NCBI RefSeq assembly: GCF_006345805.1
Contig: NW_021824809.1
Location: forward strand, 1-17,552
Origin: Octopus sinensis
Lineage: Eukaryota
Direction of reading: 5' to 3'
Length of the DNA stretch: 17,552 nt
Under the pieces are notes generated by a model, which saw nothing but the letters and a program-made list of their open reading frames with translations, was not told where the DNA came from and did no database searches. This document shows, piece after piece, positions 9,095-17,552 of the stretch. The position numbers were made by a program, and so were the translations under genes. Numbering within the stretch: the stretch's first letter is position 1; the number at the start of each line of letters is the position of its first letter.

Positions 9095-9490
9095 GGTGCA
9101 GGAGTGGCTGTGTGGTAAGTAGCTTGCTTACCAGCCACATGGTTCCGGGTTCAGTCCCACTGCGTGGCACTTTAGGCAAGTGTCTTCTACTATATATTTC
9201 TTTACAAGGGGCTAAACACAGAGGGGACAAACAAGGACAGACAAACGGATTAAGTCGATTACATCGACCCCAGTGCGAAACTGGTACTTTATTTATCGTA
9301 CCCGAAAGGATGGAAGGCAAAGTCGACCTCGGCGGAATTTGAACTCAGAACGTAACGACAGACGAAATACCGATAAGCATTTTGCCCGGCGCGCTAACGT
9401 TTCTGCCAGCTCGCCGCCTTAAGTGTCTTCTACTATAGCCTCGAGTCAACCAAAGCCTTGTGAGTGGAGTGGTAGACGGAAAGCAAGAGA
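9095..9490 (+). mobile_element. tRNA-derived SINE family 'B' (OR-type by recollection), 5' portion, interrupted by a family A SINE
   Basis: Head GGTGCAGGAGTGGCTGTGTGGTAAGTAGCTTGCTTACC with B-box-like GGTTCAGTCCC. Homologous to 10681-10823 on the minus strand. Confidence 0.85.
9195..9420 (-). mobile_element. Full-length SINE family A nested in a family B SINE, with a 17-bp TSD
   Basis: AAGTGTCTTCTACTATA lies at 9178-9194 and 9421-9437. Confidence 0.93.
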
Positions 9491-9932
9491 CACGAAAGCT
9501 CTTATAACAGAAAAAGGAAGTGAAAGTTTCCAAAGGTTATGCTTTTCTAATTTGTTTGCACACAATATATGCCAGAGGTCTCCAACTATTGTACCAAGTT
9601 ATCAACACACACTGCAGACATATCACTCACGCGTTCGGAAGTTCGCTGAAGGAGCAGCATATTCAACAAAATTTCAAAAATTGCTCTCTTCATCCTAAAG
9701 GTACATTAGAGACCTCATCTATATCCATGCTCCCTACCCGCCCCTTATTGAAATTTAAGTCGGAGGATGTGTAATAAACAAGCGAAGGAAGGGCACGGAC
9801 GACTCCAAGCGTTGTAGAGACAAGCATTGGCCTAAAGAATCAAATTTATAAATTAGCTACGAATTAAAAAAATAAAATAAAAATATTCTTATTGTCTTCT
9901 TGCTTCAATATATCAACACTTGTTAAAAAGTA

Positions 9933-10098
9933 CCGTAAATCCTCGAGTATAATCCGCATTTCTCCCCCCCAAAAAATTTAAAGGTCAAAAGAGAAGTGGT
10001 GCGTATTATACACAAGGTTTAGGGTTTTCAGATGTATAGGCCCCTAAAAATCCCCTGCGTATTATACTCAAGGGCGGACTATACTTGAGGATTTACGG
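9933..10098. mobile_element. 166-bp MITE, Tc1/mariner superfamily (Tc2/pogo-like termini)
   Basis: 25-bp TIRs CCGTAAATCCTCGAGTATAATCCGC (23/25 match), with TA on the left and CA on the right (decayed TA TSD). An internal repeat TGCGTATTATAC occurs at 10000 and 10056. Confidence 0.85.
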
Positions 10099-10458
10099 CA
10101 ATAGTTCACAGAAAATACGAAGATAAAACATTGAATATACTTTGAAAAACTTTAAGCAGATTTTGTGACGTATTTGTAAAATGATGAATATGCCTTTCCT
10201 AAATCATACATATATACATAGATACATAGGTTAACAACTCACATGTTAATTCTACGTTCTTGCTGAAATTAAGTGGACTCTCACTTGCCGGGATCTAAGA
10301 ACCGGAGACGCAGACAATAACAACGATGCTGCTAGGCAGTTGCCATTTGCTTATCAATCAGTCAGATGTCTTCTGGATTTGGCATAATTATTGCTTTACC
10401 TGGGTGTATTGGGCTCTGTATATTCCTATATATCAAGAAATAGCTGGTAGGATGGACA

Positions 10459-10823
10459 TACTCTCTTTACTCTTTTACTTGTTTCAGTCATTTGACTGCG
10501 GCCATGCTGGAGCACCGCCTTTAGTCGAGCAAATCGACCCCGGGACTTATTCTTTGTAAGCCTAGTACTTATTCTATCGGTCTCTTTTGTCGAACCGCTA
10601 AGTTACGAGGACGTAAACACACCAGCATCGGTTGTCAAGCAATGGTGGGAGGGACAAACACACACACACACACACACACATACGTCGGGCTTCTTTCAGT
10701 TTCCGTCTACCCAATCCACTCACAAGGCTTTGGTCGGCTCGAGGCTATAGTAGAAGACACTTGCCCAAGGTGCCACGCAGTGGGACTGAACCAGGAACCA
10801 TGTGGTTGGTAAGCAAGCTACTT
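10459..10823 (-). mobile_element. SINE family B body and tail; the head is displaced to 14045-14066
   Basis: It matches the 9095 copy from AAGTAGCTTGCTTACC onward and includes an internal (TG)n and a 3' tail of AAAGAGT-like repeats. It lacks the first ~22 nt. Confidence 0.88.
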
Positions 10824-11890
10824 TATTTTATCGAATTTGCCATAAAGGCAGTACATAGAGTAATGTAGCTTGCGGGCTGGACAAGGACATTAATGAGGTG
10901 AATGATAATGATACAAGTATAAGAACGGGAGAAGACGAAAAGCGCCCGCCGACTTTTGCTTCTCTAAAACATTGTTCTTTTAAAAACAGACACATATTGA
11001 GGTAATAACCCTCTTACAATTTGCAATATTTCTACTATTTTTGGACTAAGAAGTCCATTACAATTTAAAACACAAATAAGACACATATTGAGGCGATGAA
11101 CCCCTTACCTCATGTCCCCGATTAATTCTCTTGCGACCTGCAGGCATTCCTGCATCCGCAAATCGGGGTACCAAGAAAATATTCTATAATCCTCCTTTGG
11201 GAAGGAGTCTGGTGTGTGAAATAAATCCTCTTTTTCCTGTAGCAGAGCAGCCACCTGCGGAGGCCACTCTGGTCTGTCCATGCAAGTCGGTTCTATTAGA
11301 TCTCGACTCTGAAGGATATTTTCCACATAATTATCAATGGCCCCTCCACTGTGATAGAAGAACACATATCTTTCCACACCTGCATCGGGAGGGGCCTCCA
11401 CTCCCTCGGTCGGTGGCACACATCGTACCAACGAGGTTTCCATCTTCTCTCCCTCCGGTGACAATCCCACCAAAGGGGTTTCGAGGCATGCCGCCGCCGG
11501 TGATGCCCCGTTTTTCTTTTTTCTTTTCCTTTTTTCACGCCGCCTCGAGATCCATCAGTGGGCAACCATTATTGCCCACCTTCTTTTTGTTCCTTTTTTC
11601 AAGGGGGTTGCCTCCTCCTCGACTCTCTCCCTCTCTCCCTCCAATGAAGGAGCAGGGGGCTCCGTTGGGGGACCAGGGAGTTCTTCATCGATTAACTGTT
11701 CCAGGACCTTTGCCTGGTCCCGGCGACAGTTTTTCCTTATGTGTACTGATTCCAGGCACAGTTGACACTTGGGGGGGGGGGCATCCCTCAACCATCACCG
11801 GTTACTTGGAACCGGCCATTGTTAAAAAATCTGGTAAAACCAGATCTTTTGCTGATTGGGTCCATAGGGTCAATTTTTCACGAAAGACAT
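10824..11890 (-). mobile_element. 5'-truncated, pseudogenised ORF1-only non-LTR element (copy B)
   Basis: It reads LTLWTQSAKDLVLPDFLTMAGSK*PVMVEG (26/30 identical to copy A; stop at 11802-11804), then a poly-C frameshift, the zinc knuckle CQLCLESVHIRKNC and a C-terminal domain ending at the stop 11105-11107. Its 3' UTR is homologous to that of copy A. Confidence 0.8.
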
Positions 11891-11982
11891 GACTTCTTCA
11901 GTGTGCAACACAATCGCACATGCGCACACCGACAACAAAGAATCATGGGAAGTCTCAAAGCCTCATGGGAAGCGAGCTACTT

Positions 11983-14028
11983 TATTTCAATTATTTGCCA
12001 CTAGGGCATAACACAGAGGTAGCGGTAGCTCCGGGCTGGACACAGACATTAATGGATTATGGTAATGGTGGATGAAGATGGTGATGGGAGAAGTCAGAAA
12101 GCGCCCGTCGACTTTTGCTTCTCTAAAACAATGTTCTTTTTTCAATAGTTTTACAGAGTTCAAAAATTTCAAAAATTTCAAACAATTTCAAAAAATTACA
12201 AAATGTTCACATTACATGTTTTAGAGGAGGCAATGAACCTCCTCTTCCATATGTTACAGGGATGTTACATTGCCTAAGTGACCCGGCCGACCATTGCTCT
12301 TGCCTCATTGAGGCAATACTCGCTGGTCAGGCCGGAGTCCAGTGGTACAGTCTGGAAAGAGTCCGCCGGGCAGGAACTCACGATCCTGTGTAGATCAGCC
12401 CTTCCCACGACCCCCGCAGCTAACTGCGAAGGCCACTCGGGGCCTTCCACACAAGACCGGATTACCTCCCAATGTCCTCTCTTTCGCACTTTTCTTACGG
12501 CGTCTTCCACCTTTTTTCCCTTGAAAAAGAGGAGCACAAAATTTTCTACAAATAGTCCCTCAGGCAGCACACCCGCCTGAGAGGATCCGGGATACTCGGG
12601 AACCGCCGTCTGCGTGTAGCAATCCGCCGGCGGGGCTCCGTTTCTCTTCTTTTTTCTTTTCTTTTGGCCCTGGGCCACGGGAGGCTGAGGTTCCGGAGCT
12701 GTGCGCACCAGGTTCTCCTCTCCCGGAGCTTTCGGGTCCTTTTGTGGGTCGCCATTGCTTCCCACTCTTCTTTTTCTTTTGGCGGAGGGTTTTTCCCCCT
12801 CCTCGCTTTGTTTCTCTCCCTCCATTGGTGAGGCAGGGAGAGGCTCTAATATTAACTTCTCCAGGATCCTACTCTGGTTCCTGGAGCAGTTTTTCTTAAT
12901 ATGGCCGGTCTCCGAGCACAGGTGACACTTGGGGGCGCGTCCCTCTAGCATCACCGGATACTTGGAACCGGCCATCTTTAGGAAGTCCGGCAAAACCAGA
13001 CTCTTGGCCGACTGGGTCCACAGAGTTAAAGTAGCTTTTCCTCCTTCCCAGTTAGCCGCAGGCTGCATTCTTACGTTCAGGATCTTGGCGCTACCACCAC
13101 TCAGACCCCGGCGGATGGAATCTTCCACCCAGTCGGGCTCAAAGCCGGGCGGCAGGCCGCAGACCCATAAACGTATCAATTTTTCCCCCTTATAGCTTGG
13201 GAGAAACAGAATCTCTTTGCCCTCAGTGGGCTTACTTGCGAAATCGCAAGCTGCTTTAGGAGAGTCAAACAGCAACCAAATCGTTGCGTATTTGGCTCCC
13301 CGTTGAATGTGTTTAACGGCTGGCATATAGTCTGCCAGCTCGTTCATAATTGTGTCTTTCGGAAAGACCATTATGGTGTCGAGAGACTTCGAATATGTCC
13401 TCAGCACCACTGTCTTTTCCTCAAGTTCGTTCAAATATTTTTTGGGAGGTGTTAATTCCCACACTGTGAAATTCCTTGCCATAACTTAAGAAAAACAGTT
13501 CAAAATGTTACAAAATAAATTAGACACAGAAAGGAGAATGAAAAAAGCAACAGAAGGGAAGAAATAAAATTAAAATGGCAATTCAAAGAAAGTTTTTTAC
13601 AAATGAATGATAGGCAGAGAAAGAGAGTTCAAATTCAGACAAAGGAATTTTTTCACTTTTTCGGCCAAAAATTGTACTCCAGGCCAAGTATATGGTTGGT
13701 ACAACACCTTGGTAAATGATCCTTGGTAAATCCGTAGATAACACAACGATAATTTCAAAAATAATTTTTGTAGACGGACTACGCCGCCTCAAAAACACAA
13801 TTTTCTTCACACCCGACAACAGGCAGAAAAATTATATCCGGAGCAAAATGGAGCCTTATTATCTGCTAAAAATATTTAATGCTAAAATACATTAATGCAA
13901 GTAATAAAGCTTCACTTCGCTCGCAAAAATACAAAATTCCTACCTGCAGTCGAGTCGAAAGTTCAACAATTCACGTTGAAACAACGTGGCATCCGGAGCA
14001 GCAAAATAACACGTCTAACTCAGACGAA
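11983..14028 (-). mobile_element. Apparently complete 2.05-kb ORF1-only non-LTR element (copy A; Tx1/L1-like, HAL1-like)
   Basis: 5' UTR of about 546 bp, an intact 402-aa ORF1 and a 3' UTR of about 290 bp ending at AATAAA. No endonuclease or RT sequence was seen between ORF1 and the terminus. Confidence 0.75.
12274..13482 (-). CDS. Gag-like ORF1 protein of a Tx1/L1-type non-LTR element (RRM-like N-terminus, CCHC knuckle, basic linker, unknown C-terminal domain)
   Basis: Intact 402-aa ORF. It contains CHLCSETGHIKKNC (CX2CX4HX4C, 12886-12927) preceded by RLWVCGLPPGF (RRM-like) and Lys/Arg-rich stretches (KRKRR, KKRKKKR). The RRM call is by eye. Confidence 0.8.
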   Translation of the reverse strand: MARNFTVWELTPPKKYLNELEEKTVVLRTYSKSLDTIMVFPKDTIMNELADYMPAVKHIQRGAKYATIWLLFDSPKAACDFASKPTEGKEILFLPSYKGEKLIRLWVCGLPPGFEPDWVEDSIRRGLSGGSAKILNVRMQPAANWEGGKATLTLWTQSAKSLVLPDFLKMAGSKYPVMLEGRAPKCHLCSETGHIKKNCSRNQSRILEKLILEPLPASPMEGEKQSEEGEKPSAKRKRRVGSNGDPQKDPKAPGEENLVRTAPEPQPPVAQGQKKRKKKRNGAPPADCYTQTAVPEYPGSSQAGVLPEGLFVENFVLLFFKGKKVEDAVRKVRKRGHWEVIRSCVEGPEWPSQLAAGVVGRADLHRIVSSCPADSFQTVPLDSGLTSEYCLNEARAMVGRVT

Positions 14029-14066
14029 GGTTAGCGAGCTACTTACCACACAGCCACTCCTGCGCC
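14029..14066 (-). mobile_element. Displaced 5' head of the family B SINE plus a duplicated target
   Basis: The minus strand reads GGCGCAGGAGTGGCTGTGTGGT-AAGTAGCTCGCTAACC, which is exactly the part missing from 10459-10823. Confidence 0.88.
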
Positions 14067-14304
14067 TATGGGCATGGGAACCTTTTTCGAGAAGCAGATG
14101 ACATGAGACATGGTTCCTCATCTGGTGGGCAGCATTACTAAAAAAAGAAAGTTTCAAAGTACATTTTTTATTCGTTTGTTAGGCATGCTATTCAGAGAGC
14201 CTTTCAGGCAGAGTCGATCCTCAAGTTCAACATTTCACTCCATTTTTGTTAATCTGAAGTAACGACAAAAGTGAAAGGGAAGTGTGAAACTCAAGGATCG
14301 ATTT

Positions 14305-14344
14305 ACACGTACACACACAAGCACACAAACATGGATAAGCACAT

Positions 14345-14377
<33 letters not shown>

Positions 14378-14383
14378 TGGATA

Positions 14384-14426
<43 letters not shown>

Positions 14427-15042
14427 GCACACAAACATGGATAAGCACATGCACACACACACACACACACACACAAGCACACAAACATGGATAAGCACAT
14501 GCACACACACACACACACACACACAAACATGGATAAGCACACACACACACACACACACACACAAGCACACAAACATGGATAAGCACATGCACACACACAC
14601 AAACATGGATAAGCACATGCACACACACACACACACACACACACAAACATGGATAAGCACACACACACACACACACACACACACAAGCGCACAAACATGG
14701 ATAAGCACATGCACACACACACACACACACACACACACAAGCGCACAAACATGGATAAGCACATGCACACACACACACACACACACACAAACATGGATAA
14801 GCACATGCACACACACACACACACACACACACAAACATGGATAAGCACATGCACACACACACACACACACACAAGCACACAAACATGGATAAGCACATGC
14901 ACACACACACACACACACACAAGCACACAAACATGGATAAGCACATGCACACACACACAACACACACACACCACACAAACATGGATAAGCACATGCACAC
15001 ACACACACACACACACAAGCACACAAACATGGATAAGCACAT

Positions 15043-15077
<35 letters not shown>

Positions 15078-15428
15078 TGGATAAGCACATGCACACACAC
15101 ACACACACACACAAGCACACAAACATGGATAAGCACATGCACAACACACACACACACACACACACAACACAAGCACACAAACATGGATAAGCACATGCAC
15201 ACACACACACACACACACACAAACATGGATAAGCACATGCACACACACACACACACACACAAGCACACAAACATGGATAAGCACATGCACACACACACAC
15301 ACACACACACACCACACAAACATGGATAAGCACATGCACACACACACACACACACACACACAAGCACACAAACATGGATAAGCACATGCACACACACACA
15401 CACACACACAAGCACACAAACATGGATA

Positions 15429-15466
<38 letters not shown>

Positions 15467-15857
15467 TGGATAAGCACATGCACACACACACACACACACA
15501 CAAGCACACAAACATGGATAAGCACATGCACACACACACACACACACACAAGCACACAAACATGGATAAGCACATGCACACACACACACACACACAACAA
15601 GCACACAAACATGGATAAGCACACACACACACACACACACAAGCACACAAACATGGATAAGCACATGCACACACACACACACACACACACACACAAGCAC
15701 ACAAACATGGATAAGCACATGCACACACACACACACACACACACAAACATGGATAAGCACATGCACACACACACACACACACACAAGCACACAAACATGG
15801 ATAAGCACATGCACACACACACACACACACACAGCACACAAACATGGATAAGCACAT

Positions 15858-15889
<32 letters not shown>

Positions 15890-16003
15890 GCACACAAACA
15901 TGGATAAGCACATGCACACACACACACACACACACACAAACATGGATAAGCACATGCACACACACACACACACACACAAGCACACAAACATGGATAAGCA
16001 CAT

Positions 16004-16035
<32 letters not shown>

Positions 16036-17178
16036 GCACACAAACATGGATAAGCACATGCACACACACACACACACACACAACAAACATGGATAAGCAC
16101 ATGCACACACACAACACACACACACAAGCACACAAACATGGATAAGCACATGCACACACACACACACACACACAAGCACACAAACATGGATAAGCACATG
16201 CACACACACACACACACACAAGCACACAAACATGGATAAGCACATGCACACACACACACACACACACAAACATGGATAAGCACATGCACACACACACACA
16301 CACACACACAAGCACACAAACATGGATAAGCACATGCACACACACACACACACACACAAGCACACAAACATGGATAAGCACATGCACACACACACACACA
16401 CACACAAGCACACAAACATGGATAAGCACATGCACACACACACACACACACACACAAACATGGATAAGCACATGCACACACACACACACACACACAAGCA
16501 CACAAACTTGGATAAGCACACACACACACACCACACACACACAAGCACACAAACATGGATAAGCACATTCACACACACACACACACACACAAACATGGAT
16601 AAGCACACACCACACCACACACACACACCACAAGCACACAAACATGGATAAGCACACACACACACACACACACACAAGCACACAACATGGATAAGCACAT
16701 TCACACACACACACACACACACAACATGGATAAGCACATGCACACACACACACACACACACAAGCACACAAACATGGATAAGCACATTCACACACACACA
16801 CACACACAAACATGGATAAGCACATGCACACACACACACACACACACACAAACATGGATAAGCACATGCACACACACACACACACACACACACACAAGCA
16901 CACAAACATGGATAAGCACATTCACACACACACACACACAAACATGGATAAGCACATGCACACACACACACACACACACACACAAGCACACAAACATGGA
17001 TAAGCACACACACACACACACACACACACAAACATGGATAAGCACATGCACACACACACACACACACACACACAAACATGGATAAGCACATGCACACACA
17101 CACACACACACACACAAACATGGATAAGCACATGCACACACACACACACACACACACACACAACATGGATAAGCACAT

Positions 17179-17211
<33 letters not shown>

Positions 17212-17552
17212 TGGATAAGCACACACACACACACACACACACAAGCGCACAAACATGGATAAGCACATGCACACACACATACACACACACACAAGCGCAC
17301 AAACATGGATAAGCACATGCACAACACACACACACACACACACACACCAACACACACACACACATGGATAAGCACACACACACACACACACACACAAGCA
17401 CACAAACATGGATAAGCACATGCACACACACACACACACAACACACACAAACATGGATAAGCACATGCACACACACAACACACACCACACACAGCACACA
17501 AACTTGGATAAGCACATGCACACACACACACACACACACACAAGCACACAAA
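14305..17552. repeat. Composite minisatellite: [AGCACAC]AAACATGGATAAGCACATG + variable (CA)n, running off the window
   Basis: The core recurs every ~25-55 bp over more than 3.2 kb (roughly 70 units by estimate). Confidence 0.97.

Noticed and set aside
11131-11892. 253-aa plus-strand ORF (and 12278-12580, 12929-13195)
   Set aside because: These are antisense shadows of the GC-rich ORF1 sequences with no recognisable motifs.
14227-17551. Very long ORFs (up to 1106 aa) rich in CV/HT
   Set aside because: They are translations of the CA-rich satellite, which lacks stop codons by composition.
14305-17552. CRISPR-like look (constant repeat with variable spacers)
   Set aside because: The spacers are only (CA)n of varying length, the context is eukaryotic, and there are no cas genes.

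Overview
This is eukaryotic, repeat-saturated DNA with no host gene that I can support. The SINE families and dense (CA)n/(TATG)n tracts match my recollection of Octopus (coleoid cephalopod) genomes; that is recognition, not a search result. From left to right: (1) the 3' half of an LTR retrotransposon (RT-RNase H-integrase, two frameshifts, 419-bp LTR), apparently inserted in a SINE; (2) TATG microsatellites containing a SINE and a 4-copy array of a LINE 3' end that encodes two C2H2 fingers, interleaved with a 107/108-bp satellite dimer; (3) a SINE trimer with a single TSD; (4) a CR1/L2-type 3' fragment; (5) a tRNA-Glu pseudogene, a SINE-in-SINE and a MITE; (6) a SINE split by two diverged, apparently ORF1-only Tx1/L1-like elements; (7) more than 3.2 kb of a composite minisatellite. 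The best candidate for an undescribed system is the ORF1-only (half-LINE-like) pair. Both members end exactly at AATAAA abutting the same 16-nt SINE-derived target motif, and they share an unrecognised C-terminal protein domain and a 42-nt conserved 3' UTR block. The second candidate is the LINE-zinc-finger/satellite array, whose ends suggest that it arrived by recombination through a circular intermediate.
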